Below, in pieces: positions 48,404 through 57,960 of a DNA stretch of 64,000 nucleotides (position 1 is the first letter of the stretch; each line of letters starts with the position of its first letter). This stretch comes from Fidelibacterota bacterium. Lineage in GTDB: Bacteria; Fidelibacterota; Marinisomatia; SCGC-AAA003-L08; JACNLC01. The stretch spans positions 39,832-103,831 of the forward strand of contig JABHXA010000001.1 of assembly GCA_018657495.1 (NCBI GenBank), given 5' to 3'. A program made the translations under genes and the position numbers. The notes below the pieces were generated by a model. It did no database searches. It was not told the origin of the DNA and worked only from the letters and a program-made list of their open reading frames with translations.

Positions 48404-49329
48404 GATCTTGAGTTATTTCCTTTTGAATTCTCTTCTGTTATTGTGAGAAAATAATCTTCAAGGGTCATATTGGGGATCACTGATTTGATTTGGATGCCCT
48501 GATCAACAAAAATTTTAATTATATCTGAAATTCGGTCTTTCTCCGAAGTGATTTGCAAATATTCACCATCCGTATTCACCAATTTAGCAAAAGATAAATT
48601 CTTAATTATGGTTTGGGCCTTGTCTACTTGATTTACTGATATGGTAAAGTATATATCAGATATCTCTGAAATGAGACCTTTTACATTTCCCTCCCGGATA
48701 ACCACACCATTTTTGATAATCATCATTGAAGTACAAATCTTTTCCACTTCACTCAGGAGGTGAGATGAAATAAATATAGTGATGCCTTCGTTGGATAATT
48801 TTAGAATCAAATCTCTTATTTCTTTCATACCGCCAGGGTCAAGACCATTTGTTGGTTCATCCAATACCAACAGTTTGGGATAGTTTAAGAGAGATTGAGC
48901 AATGCCTAATCTTTGTTTCATCCCCTGACTGTATTTCTTGACTTTGTCCATTCGTCTGGATTCAAGTCCAACAATATCCAAAACCTCATCAATACGTTTG
49001 GATGGTGTTTTTGTCATACTGGCCAGCATTTTTAAATTTTGTTCAGCAGACAGGTTTTGATAAAAATCGGCCTTTTCGATCATGGCACCTGTATGAATGA
49101 GAGTTTTTTCCTTATACTCCGACACTGACTGACCAAATATTTTAACCACCCCAGAATCTGCTTTTGTCAGTGACAGTATAATTCTGATGGTAGTGGATTT
49201 ACCAGCACCATTGGGACCGAGAAAGCCATATACTTCTCCTTTGTTCACACAAATGGACAAATTGTCCACCACTTTCCTCTTACCATATGATTTACAGATA
49301 TTGTGAATTTCGAGGGCGGGAGTGCTCAT
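48400..49329 (-). CDS. ABC transporter ATP-binding protein
   Basis: Walker A GPNGAGKST, signature YSQGMKQRLG, Walker B LLVLDEPTNGLD, H-loop SSHLL. ATGA overlap with the carA stop. Confidence 0.9.
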   Translation of the reverse strand: MSTPALEIHNICKSYGKRKVVDNLSICVNKGEVYGFLGPNGAGKSTTIRIILSLTKADSGVVKIFGQSVSEYKEKTLIHTGAMIEKADFYQNLSAEQNLKMLASMTKTPSKRIDEVLDIVGLESRRMDKVKKYSQGMKQRLGIAQSLLNYPKLLVLDEPTNGLDPGGMKEIRDLILKLSNEGITIFISSHLLSEVEKICTSMMIIKNGVVIREGNVKGLISEISDIYFTISVNQVDKAQTIIKNLSFAKLVNTDGEYLQITSEKDRISDIIKIFVDQGIQIKSVIPNMTLEDYFLTITEENSKGNNSRS

Positions 49330-50450
49330 TGTTGATCCATTAATTCAATAAAATGATTAAACAAATATCGTGAATCATGAGGGCCGGGGCTGGATTCCGG
49401 ATGATATTGAACCGAAAAAGCTGGGAAATTCAAACTTTGTATTCCCTCCAATGTATTATCATTCAAACTAATATGAGTTGCCTGCATTGATTCGGGTAAC
49501 GACTCAATAGCCACAGCAAATCCGTGATTTTGACTGGTAATCTCCACCCTTCCAGTTGACAGATTTTTTACAGGATGATTGCAACCTCGATGACCAAACT
49601 TCAATTTATACGTGGATGCACCAAGGGCATGACAAAGTATCTGATGACCAAGGCAGATTCCAAATATTGGTTTTTTGCCAAGCAACGATTTTACCAGGTC
49701 AATACCATAGTTCACTGCAGCTGGATCTCCAGGTCCATTTGAGAGGAAAACACCATCGATTTCGGCAGCCAGTAATTGTTCTTTTTCAGTTGCAGCTGGA
49801 TACACTGTCAACCGGCATCCGGATTCAGTAAGTTGTTTTAAAATATTGGTTTTTACACCGTAATCCACAACGGCAACATGGTATTTATTATTTATCATCT
49901 CCTTTGGCGGAGGGTATGGATAACTTTCCTTGCAGGTCACTTTTGAGACCAGATCCAAACCTGTCATTTTGGGTACCGTATCTAAAGTTTTTGTGATACC
50001 TGCGATGTCATCTACATCCGTTGAGATGAGCGCATTCATGGCACCTTCAGACCGAATGATTTTGGTCAGCGCCCGCGTATCTACATCTTGTATGCCGGTA
50101 ATGTTTTGTTCTTTTAGATAATCCTGCAGAGATGATTGAGACTGGAAATTAGAAGGAGTATCACATAGATCTTTTACAACTAAACCGGCAATTTGAATTT
50201 TTTGACTTTCATTATCGATATCATTGACCCCATAATTCCCAATATGAGGATAGGTCATTGTTAGGATTTGTCCATGGTATGATGGATCGGTGAATGTTTC
50301 CTGATATCCTGTCATGCCCGTGTTAAAACAGACTTCACCACCAGCATTTTTTTCAGCACCAATTGATGTTCCGTGAAATATTATTCCATTTTCAAGAACA
50401 AGTACCGCTGGAATTCCGGTCAAATTATTTTCTTTCGATAAACGGTTCAT
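49326..50450 (-). CDS. carA: Carbamoyl-phosphate synthase small (glutamine amidotransferase) subunit
   Basis: LVLENGIIFHG N-domain, GATase triad context GICLGHQIL, and HGF...QYHPE. Confidence 0.95.
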   Translation of the reverse strand: MNRLSKENNLTGIPAVLVLENGIIFHGTSIGAEKNAGGEVCFNTGMTGYQETFTDPSYHGQILTMTYPHIGNYGVNDIDNESQKIQIAGLVVKDLCDTPSNFQSQSSLQDYLKEQNITGIQDVDTRALTKIIRSEGAMNALISTDVDDIAGITKTLDTVPKMTGLDLVSKVTCKESYPYPPPKEMINNKYHVAVVDYGVKTNILKQLTESGCRLTVYPAATEKEQLLAAEIDGVFLSNGPGDPAAVNYGIDLVKSLLGKKPIFGICLGHQILCHALGASTYKLKFGHRGCNHPVKNLSTGRVEITSQNHGFAVAIESLPESMQATHISLNDNTLEGIQSLNFPAFSVQYHPESSPGPHDSRYLFNHFIELMDQQ

Positions 50451-50838
50451 ATTTCACAAGCAGACTATCCTCAAATACAAATTGAAGAAAATATACCCGG
50501 TCAAAAGTTCCTTTATTGAAAAACCGACTATTCCGGTAGTTGAATTTCCCCTCGATCTGATCAGCGGATAATGGTCCTAATGCTTCATTATGTTTATCAA
50601 AGGGATACAATTTATATCTTACAGGATACTGGTGAATAAAAATATTCTCGTCACGGGCACCTTCATAAAGATGAGATATTTTATATGGTTTACCCAGTAG
50701 ATTTTGTACCTCAGTTACGGTCATTCCTGCCTGTATTAACTCAACTTGCTCTACAGAAACTGCCAGGGGTTGATGTGTTATTGGCGAACAGCCTATGAAT
50801 AATACAAAAATAATAATGAATACTTTTCTCAAAAGCAT
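50425..50838 (-). CDS. Lipoprotein with BamE/SmpA_OmlA-like domain
   Basis: Lipobox FIGCSP. IQAGMTVTEVQNLLGKP resembles the BamE-fold motif. Overlaps the carA start by 26 nt. Confidence 0.55.
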   Translation of the reverse strand: MLLRKVFIIIFVLFIGCSPITHQPLAVSVEQVELIQAGMTVTEVQNLLGKPYKISHLYEGARDENIFIHQYPVRYKLYPFDKHNEALGPLSADQIEGKFNYRNSRFFNKGTFDRVYFLQFVFEDSLLVKYEPFIERK

Positions 50839-51067
50839 AGAATTCCCCGTTAATTATCTTAAAAATACCAATGGTGAAATTAAAGGGATTGAAGGGGTAT
50901 AAATTAGTGGAAAGTTATAAAGTTGAAAGGTTTTCGTGACAATTCAACTTGACATAATTATAAATTTTGAGATTCTTGCCTCAAACTTGAAATTGAATAC
51001 TGAAAACAATCCCTTTGACAATGGAAAGTAGTTTGAATAATTTTGCCCAAATTTATATGGACAATTA

Positions 51068-51688
51068 ATGATCATAGAGTATAAAACAATTTTCTTCGAC
51101 CTTTTTGGTGTACTCATTGGCAGGGATGAAACATCCATTGTCAGATATGTCTCAAAAGAGTTGGATATTCCCTTTTACCAAACCAGAGAAATTGTTACTG
51201 GGGAAAATTATATGCGCTTTGTTCGCCTGGAACTCAGTTTTGATCAATATTTTCAAAAAATACAATACCAGCTGGTTAACGGGGATAAACTAAACCGTAA
51301 TGATTTTCTTTCAAGACTTCAGCAACAGGAAATGGGGATTTTACCTATTGCCAGCTTATTGCCAGGTTTAAAAAAGCAATTTAATCTTCACATCATATCC
51401 AACACAGTAAACAGTCATATAAATTCACTCAAAATGAAATTTGATTTTTTTAAATATTTTGATTCTGTTATTACCTCTGAAAGTGCTGGCGTATCAAAGC
51501 CCAATAATGAAATTTTCAAATATGCTCTATCGATTACTGGATCTGTTGCAGATTCATCTATTTTCGTTGACGATGCGTCAGAAAATGTTAAAGCGGCAAA
51601 TCGAAATGGAATGCATGGATATCACTATACTCAATTTGAAGATTTTGAAAACTATATTTCAAAACTTATGAACGATACATCTTCATGA
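51068..51688 (+). CDS. HAD-superfamily hydrolase (variant motif I)
   Basis: Motif I is IFFDLFGVL: the second Asp is replaced by Phe, as in DxYG dehalogenase-like members. Motif II ISNT, motif III K (VSKPN), motif IV FVDDASEN. Confidence 0.75.
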   Translation: MIIEYKTIFFDLFGVLIGRDETSIVRYVSKELDIPFYQTREIVTGENYMRFVRLELSFDQYFQKIQYQLVNGDKLNRNDFLSRLQQQEMGILPIASLLPGLKKQFNLHIISNTVNSHINSLKMKFDFFKYFDSVITSESAGVSKPNNEIFKYALSITGSVADSSIFVDDASENVKAANRNGMHGYHYTQFEDFENYISKLMNDTSS

Positions 51689-51723
51689 GTTTAGATTTAC
51701 ATCGATTTATTAGAAAGTAAAAT

Positions 51724-51990
51724 ATGAAAATTAATATTATCAAACCGGAGGATCAGAATATTAATCGAGAGGAAATATCATCCTGGCCTATTTGGACTTG
51801 CGATGTTTCCGAATTCGATTGGTTTTACGACGAAGAAGAACGCTGTCTCATACTTGAGGGTGAAGTTTATGTCACAGTTAACCTTGAGTCTTTCCATATC
51901 CAGAAGGGTGATTTTGTAGAGTTTCCACAAGGACTGAAATGTCGATGGAAAGTAATTAAACCTATTAAAAAACATTATTCTTTCGGTTAA
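51724..51990 (+). CDS. Small cupin (cupin_3/DUF861-like)
   Basis: 88 aa. SSWPIWTCDVSEFDWFYDEEERCLILEGEV matches the typical W-x-x-W...F-x-W-x-Y layout of this family. Confidence 0.7.
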   Translation: MKINIIKPEDQNINREEISSWPIWTCDVSEFDWFYDEEERCLILEGEVYVTVNLESFHIQKGDFVEFPQGLKCRWKVIKPIKKHYSFG

Positions 51991-52005
51991 TCTAACGAGG
52001 TAAAT

Positions 52006-53259
52006 ATGAATATATATTTGATAATCATCATCTCAGCACTCGTTGTTGATTTCCTGCTCAGCAATATCTCGCAATATCTTACACTTAAATCCCTATCCCC
52101 GGTTTTACCTGAGGAATTTTCAGGTGTATATGATAACCATAAATACGAAAAGTCACAGAACTATACTCGCGAGAATATAAAATTTGCCTCTATTCAATCA
52201 GTATTTAGTTTTATTATCACATTATTATTCATCCTTTACGGCGGATTTAATTATATTGATATATTCGTTAGAGAGTACACCAATCATCCCATTTTTGGTG
52301 GTTTATTTTTTATCGGCCTTCTGTTTATCATGCAGGATTTTCTATCCATGCCATTTAACCTTTATCAAACATTTCGTATTGAAAAAAAATATGGCTTCAA
52401 TAAAATGACGCCGAGACTATATATAACTGACAAATTAAAGGGCTATTTACTTACAATTATTCTAGGTTCTTTAGTTATGGGTTCTATTCTCTATGTATTC
52501 GAATTTCTCGGAAATTTGGCATGGCTTACCGCCTGGATAATCATGACAGTACTCACTTTTGTTCTTCCCCCGCTGTATATAAATTTTATCGCACCACTAT
52601 TCAATAAATTCACTCCTTTGGAAGATGGTGACTTAAAGGATAAACTCACAAATTATGCAAAAAAGGTCAGTTTCCCGCTAAAAGGAGTTTTTGTTATGGA
52701 TGGTTCAAAACGATCCACCCATTCAAATGCATACTTTACCGGTTTCGGGAAAAATAAAAGAATCGTCCTTTTTGATACTTTGATGAAGACCCATGAATCA
52801 GATGAGCTATTGGGAATCATCGCCCATGAAGTTGGTCACTACAAGAGGAAGCATATCTTGAAAGGTATGATTATTTCAATTATCCATACCGGCGTTTTGC
52901 TCTATCTCATGTCATTGTTTATTAATAATCCACATTTGTTTTCTGCCTTCAAAATGACTCATCTTTCTGTTTATGCAAGTCTTTTATTTTTTGGATTATT
53001 ATTCTCACCAATTGACATAATATTATCGGTGGTGATGAATTATTATTCCCGGAAAAATGAATTTGAGGCCGATACTTACGCAGTAGAAACCACCAATAAC
53101 GGTAATGCATTTATTGATGGCTTAAAAAACTTATCTTTATCAAACCTGAGCAATCTAACACCTCATTTCTTCACAGTATTTTTATCTTATAGCCATCCCC
53201 CTGTACTGGAACGAGTTCGTAATATCAGGGAAATAATTATAAACTCGGAACAATCATGA
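52006..53259 (+). CDS. M48 family (Ste24/CAAX prenyl protease 1-like) integral membrane metalloprotease
   Basis: HEVGHYKRKH zinc motif, downstream NEFEAD glutamate, multiple TM segments, C-terminal HPPVLERV. Confidence 0.85.
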   Translation: MNIYLIIIISALVVDFLLSNISQYLTLKSLSPVLPEEFSGVYDNHKYEKSQNYTRENIKFASIQSVFSFIITLLFILYGGFNYIDIFVREYTNHPIFGGLFFIGLLFIMQDFLSMPFNLYQTFRIEKKYGFNKMTPRLYITDKLKGYLLTIILGSLVMGSILYVFEFLGNLAWLTAWIIMTVLTFVLPPLYINFIAPLFNKFTPLEDGDLKDKLTNYAKKVSFPLKGVFVMDGSKRSTHSNAYFTGFGKNKRIVLFDTLMKTHESDELLGIIAHEVGHYKRKHILKGMIISIIHTGVLLYLMSLFINNPHLFSAFKMTHLSVYASLLFFGLLFSPIDIILSVVMNYYSRKNEFEADTYAVETTNNGNAFIDGLKNLSLSNLSNLTPHFFTVFLSYSHPPVLERVRNIREIIINSEQS

Positions 53260-54446
53260 GTCCATTACTGCGATCTGTTTATTCCTTTTTACTCATTCTT
53301 TCAATAGCTCTCCCTTCATTGGCATTTTCATCCAATCGTCATCCAATCATTCTAATACATGGTTTTATTGGCTGGGGTAGAGATGAAATGCGTGATTATA
53401 ATTATTGGGGGGGGCATACAGATCTTCAACAGGTTCTTATTGATGAAGGTTTTGAGGTTTATACTGTCTCCGTTGGACCCATTTCATCAAATTGGGACCG
53501 GGCTATCGAGGCATACTATCAGATAAAAGGCGGTAAAGTAGATTATGGCATCTCTCATTCTGAGGAATATGGTTTGATTCGATCACCGGAAGGTAAAGTA
53601 TATGATGGTCTTTTTCCTCAATGGGATGCTGACCACCCGGTACATATTATCGGACACAGCATGGGAGGACAGACTACCAGGATGCTTGAATACCTGTTGA
53701 AAACCACTTTCCCAGATGAGAAAAGTTCGTTGCTCACTTCCTCAGATTCCGGTTGGATAAAAAGCAATACAACAATTTCCACACCTCATAATGGCACCAC
53801 TCTCATGCCAATTGTCTATAATTTTTTCCCATTTGTTCAAAAAATGGTCGTCTACCTTGGTGGAATGCAGGAAGATAGCTTTGTCGAAAAATACTATGAT
53901 TTCGACCTTGAGCAATGGGGATTATCTCGTGATGAAGATGAATCCATAAAACAGTATCTCCGTAAAATAAAGGCATCCAAACTTTCAGAATCAAAGAATT
54001 TTTGTGCCTGGGATTTATCTCTTGAGGGGGCATTATCATTCAATGATTTATCCGAAACCGATTCTTCAACATATTATTTTTCCTATGCTACGTACGCGAC
54101 CCAGAAAAAAGAGAACTCAGATTATCATCGTCCAGACGAGATGATGAATTGGCGATTATGGACATCTGGTTATATGATGGGAAAATATTTGACCTCCGAG
54201 ATAGATTGGTATGAAAATGATGGGGTTGTAAATACAGTATCCATGTGGGGACCGGTAGGAAGCGAATTATCTGCACATGTTATCGAAGAGTACAGTGGAG
54301 TACCTGCTCCCGGGGTGTGGCAAAAAATGGGGAAGCTACATTATGATCATGAAGAAGTGATTGGTCATAAACTTGGGAAATTTGATCCTACTGATATGAA
54401 AAATTTATTTATTACTCATTGCCAATTATTATATTCATTAAACTAA
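53256..54446 (+). CDS. Secreted triacylglycerol lipase-like alpha/beta hydrolase
   Basis: Signal peptide. PIILIHGFIGWGRDEM...YWGG oxyanion region and nucleophile elbow IIGHSMGGQT, as in family I.5/I.6-type lipases. ATGA overlap with the M48 gene. Confidence 0.8.
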   Translation: MSPLLRSVYSFLLILSIALPSLAFSSNRHPIILIHGFIGWGRDEMRDYNYWGGHTDLQQVLIDEGFEVYTVSVGPISSNWDRAIEAYYQIKGGKVDYGISHSEEYGLIRSPEGKVYDGLFPQWDADHPVHIIGHSMGGQTTRMLEYLLKTTFPDEKSSLLTSSDSGWIKSNTTISTPHNGTTLMPIVYNFFPFVQKMVVYLGGMQEDSFVEKYYDFDLEQWGLSRDEDESIKQYLRKIKASKLSESKNFCAWDLSLEGALSFNDLSETDSSTYYFSYATYATQKKENSDYHRPDEMMNWRLWTSGYMMGKYLTSEIDWYENDGVVNTVSMWGPVGSELSAHVIEEYSGVPAPGVWQKMGKLHYDHEEVIGHKLGKFDPTDMKNLFITHCQLLYSLN

Positions 54447-54464
54447 ACAGATACATAGGGAAAT

Positions 54465-55172
54465 ATGGTAAAAGCAGTATTATTTGATCTTGATGGAGTA
54501 GTTGTTGATTCAGAACCTTTATATGCAAAAGCAGAAATAAAATTATTTGAAGAGTACGGTGTTACCATTCCGGATGAAGATTGGAAATTATTCCGCGGCA
54601 GTACAGAAGAAGGGTTTTACCAATTGGCAATGGAGAGATATCAAATCCGTGAAGACAAACAGAAATTGATGGAAAAAGGACGTTTATATGTGCGGAATCA
54701 ATTTAAAAGTGAATTGAGATTCATGTCCGGTTTCAAATCTCTTTCTGGTAGAATTTCTGATGCTGGTTACAAAATCGGTTTGGTCACATCCTCACCAAAG
54801 CCCATGTATGAATATGTCAATGAATTAATGTCAATAAAACAATATTTTCCCGAAGTGATTTACGGTGGCATGACTAAAAATAGTAAACCACACCCCGAAC
54901 CATATCTCTTAATGATGAAATTGCTTGATGTTGAACCATTTGAGTGTATAATTATTGAGGATTCTGTACATGGATTAAATGCAGCATTGGCATCTGGCGC
55001 CATGGTTATTGCCCTCGCTGGATCAGTGGAACCAGAAGATATGCCTAAAGCACATCACTTTGTAACACATTTGGATCAGGTAACATTTGAATTAATGAAG
55101 GAGGGTGATGCTGCCTGCAGTTGCGGCAAGTCACCTGTATGGGAATGTAATGATATCTGTTTACGTGACTAA
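54465..55172 (+). CDS. HAD-superfamily phosphatase (beta-phosphoglucomutase-like) with Cys-rich tail
   Basis: Motif I AVLFDLDGVVVDSE, VTSS, K (SKPHPEPY), IIIEDSVHG. Unusual C-terminal CSCGKSPVWECNDIC. Confidence 0.85.
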   Translation: MVKAVLFDLDGVVVDSEPLYAKAEIKLFEEYGVTIPDEDWKLFRGSTEEGFYQLAMERYQIREDKQKLMEKGRLYVRNQFKSELRFMSGFKSLSGRISDAGYKIGLVTSSPKPMYEYVNELMSIKQYFPEVIYGGMTKNSKPHPEPYLLMMKLLDVEPFECIIIEDSVHGLNAALASGAMVIALAGSVEPEDMPKAHHFVTHLDQVTFELMKEGDAACSCGKSPVWECNDICLRD

Positions 55173-55416
55173 ATTGATAGTCATGTGTCAATTCATTCAG
55201 ATACTTCTAAAAGAATTGATAAATCCCTTCGCGCTTTTATCAGTATGTTTTAGCATCGATTTTCGTTTCCAGCGAGTTCATTTATGGACTCGTATATAAA
55301 CAGTTATAAATTTATCAGCTATCACACTTTTACTTTGCCCTATGAACCAATATCATTAAAATATAACTATCAGTGAGTCCTAATTCCCACGATTAGATAT
55401 TAACATTCGGCCGGAA

Positions 55417-56232
55417 TTAGCAATTCAATTTCAGCCAGTCGATTAGAATATTCCGAAAAGTTACCGGCTCTTCCAAATGCACGGTATGGCCGCAGGATGG
55501 AATGACATGTACTGAGCTATGTCTGAGGCATTTCCACATTCTATTGGCAATTTGTGAGAATTTATTATCCTCTTCACCGGCGATTATCATTATGGGGAAT
55601 GGAAACTCATTCAGATGCGGCCAGAGGTTATCCTGCTTCCCAGGTCCGAGAAATTCAAGTGCCTTCGATAACTGCCAAATCTCTGAGTTTCTTCTAATAT
55701 CCGAAAGTATTTCATATTCTTTAGGATTTCTCTGTTTATGATTTCTGAATAAAAACTTTTTGTCCCAAATACTTAAAAATCCTTGAAAATCAGTTCTTAT
55801 TTTTTCTGCTAATGCCATGTCATCCATCAGCCTTTTACTACGGTCATCATCATTTTCAAAGCCTGGAGTGGTACTTTCCAATATAAGCGACTGGACACAT
55901 TCTGGAAAGCGATTTGCAAAAATAAGTGCTAATCTTCCACCCATGGAATATCCCAGGAGATTGATTTTTTGAATATTTAATTTCTGTAATATATTGTAAA
56001 GATCGTTGCACCAGTCATCAATCGTATACGTCTCGATATTTTCAGCAAACCGGGATTGACCGTGGCCAGGGATGTCAATGGTAATACAGGGACAGGGAAA
56101 ATATTGACAAAAAGGATTCCAAACCCGACTGCTCCCGGTAAACCCGTGTAGCAGAACAACAGGAATGGTGTCATTTTTTATTTCAGGATCTACATCCAAA
56201 TAATACTCTACAGAAGATGTTTTATAAATCAT
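55417..56232 (-). CDS. menH: 2-succinyl-6-hydroxy-2,4-cyclohexadiene-1-carboxylate synthase (alpha/beta hydrolase)
   Basis: VVLLHGFTGS, nucleophile elbow GYSMGGRLAL, C-terminal CGHTVHLE. Immediately downstream of menD. Confidence 0.8.
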   Translation of the reverse strand: MIYKTSSVEYYLDVDPEIKNDTIPVVLLHGFTGSSRVWNPFCQYFPCPCITIDIPGHGQSRFAENIETYTIDDWCNDLYNILQKLNIQKINLLGYSMGGRLALIFANRFPECVQSLILESTTPGFENDDDRSKRLMDDMALAEKIRTDFQGFLSIWDKKFLFRNHKQRNPKEYEILSDIRRNSEIWQLSKALEFLGPGKQDNLWPHLNEFPFPIMIIAGEEDNKFSQIANRMWKCLRHSSVHVIPSCGHTVHLEEPVTFRNILIDWLKLNC

Positions 56233-56241
56233 GGGGCAATT

Positions 56242-57960
56242 CTACTTTGTTGTTAGGGATTCTAATAAGGCCTTATGAGCAGTGGTATTTTCATTCATAT
56301 CTGAGCTCACTTCAATGATCGTAACACCATCTTTCTGCCTGCTGCTTTCCAAAGATTCATTCAATGCTTTAATGTTGTCAGCAAAAAAGTATAAACAATT
56401 AAATAATTGCGCTGCTTTCGGAATACTAAGATTTGGATTTGTCAGCCAGAACTCTTCAAAATATTCTGTCCCATAATTTGACACCGGTAAAAATGAAAAT
56501 ATACCTCCACCTTTATTATTGATTACCACTATTGTCAATTTCATCCCATAACGCATTGACTGATATAGACCTGAAAGATCATAAAAGAATGCCAGGTCAC
56601 CGGTGATAAGCATTGTATTTTCAGATTTTAATTTTAAGGATGTAATGGCCGCAATCCCCATCGCTGTGGATGTAACGCCATCAATACCACTGGTACCGCG
56701 GTTTGCAAACACGTTTATATCAACACCAAGATTTGGTGTAAACATATCGGCATCCCGTATCGGCATGGAATTACCCAGAATTAGATTATCACCCTTTTTC
56801 AATGACTCAATACAGGCAGTCACCACCGAACCCTCAAACATTGGTTGGTTCTGAATATAATCTGAAATTGTATTTCGATATTTTGATTCAAATAATTTAA
56901 TTATCTCAGCCGTTTTAGATTTTTTGGATGCTCTAAGATTTTGGGATATTCCTTTTTCACAGAAGTTCTTGATCCTTGAATTAATAACAATTTTACAATT
57001 ATCGTTGAATCGACCAATACTATCAACCAGAATTGTTTTATCATTCCAGTCATTTAGTTTATTACAAAGGATTTTTGAAGCTGGCTTTGACCCAAAACGA
57101 ATGACCAAATTCGGTTCAATATTTTCATTTCTCAAGAATAAATCATATGTTGTTATGATATTTTCATGATGTTTCCAATATCTTAGACCTGAAGTTGGAT
57201 CTGCGAATATGGGAGCGTTAATAAACTCAGATAATTCTAGAATAGATAGCTTTGATTGGTCATCATCCATTCTTCCACAAATGATAATCGTATCGCCATC
57301 CGGTAAGTTTTTTACCGCATCTTCGGAAACCTTTGAATATTGGATCGGAGGAATTGCATATTGAATGCCTGGTTCAATATTTTCTAAAGGTATATTTATG
57401 TTGTCGGGAATAAGCGGCTCTTCAAATGGAACATTAATATGAACCGGTCCTGCCGGGTTAAGAAGTAATCCTTCACCATTGATTCCCAGTGACATGATTA
57501 CGGCCGAGAAAATATGATGAGTCATATTTATGGGGTCCTCTACAGGTAATCCCACATCCTTGAAATATCTAACATGACAGCCGTAAAGATTTTTTTGATG
57601 AATGGTTTGATTTTCGCCGGATCCAACCAGGTAATCAGGTCTATCGGCGGTGATGACAATGAGTGGAACCCGACTATAATTTGCCTCGATTATTGCCGGA
57701 TAGTAATTAGCGGCTGCGGTACCGCTTGTACATATTAAAATTACCGGTTCGCTCAATTTTTTTGCCATGCCCAAAGCAAAATAACCGGCAGAGCGTTCTT
57801 CAAAATGACTGATGCAATTGATTGATGTCTGCTCTACAATCGCCAGGACTAAAGGAGTATTGCGGCTGCCTGGTGAAATGCAGGCATGTTTTATACCAGT
57901 AGTTACCAAAATTTCAACCATGGCCCGGGACCAGGCTAAATTCAGTTCACCTGTATTCAA
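56242..57960 (-). CDS. menD: SEPHCHC synthase (2-succinyl-5-enolpyruvyl-6-hydroxy-3-cyclohexene-1-carboxylate synthase)
   Basis: ThDP-enzyme N-terminus WSRAMVEILVTTGIKHACISPGSRNTPL. ThDP-binding GDLAFFYDLSGL...NNKGGGIF. Confidence 0.92.
   Translation of the reverse strand: MNTGELNLAWSRAMVEILVTTGIKHACISPGSRNTPLVLAIVEQTSINCISHFEERSAGYFALGMAKKLSEPVILICTSGTAAANYYPAIIEANYSRVPLIVITADRPDYLVGSGENQTIHQKNLYGCHVRYFKDVGLPVEDPINMTHHIFSAVIMSLGINGEGLLLNPAGPVHINVPFEEPLIPDNINIPLENIEPGIQYAIPPIQYSKVSEDAVKNLPDGDTIIICGRMDDDQSKLSILELSEFINAPIFADPTSGLRYWKHHENIITTYDLFLRNENIEPNLVIRFGSKPASKILCNKLNDWNDKTILVDSIGRFNDNCKIVINSRIKNFCEKGISQNLRASKKSKTAEIIKLFESKYRNTISDYIQNQPMFEGSVVTACIESLKKGDNLILGNSMPIRDADMFTPNLGVDINVFANRGTSGIDGVTSTAMGIAAITSLKLKSENTMLITGDLAFFYDLSGLYQSMRYGMKLTIVVINNKGGGIFSFLPVSNYGTEYFEEFWLTNPNLSIPKAAQLFNCLYFFADNIKALNESLESSRQKDGVTIIEVSSDMNENTTAHKALLESLTTK

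Noticed and set aside
55105-55299. 64-aa ORF in the convergent intergenic region after the HAD gene (also 50944..51138 minus strand, 33754..33990)
   Set aside because: They overlap the ends of real genes or AT-rich spacers. They lack an RBS and have hydrophobic low-complexity translations expected from AT-rich noise.
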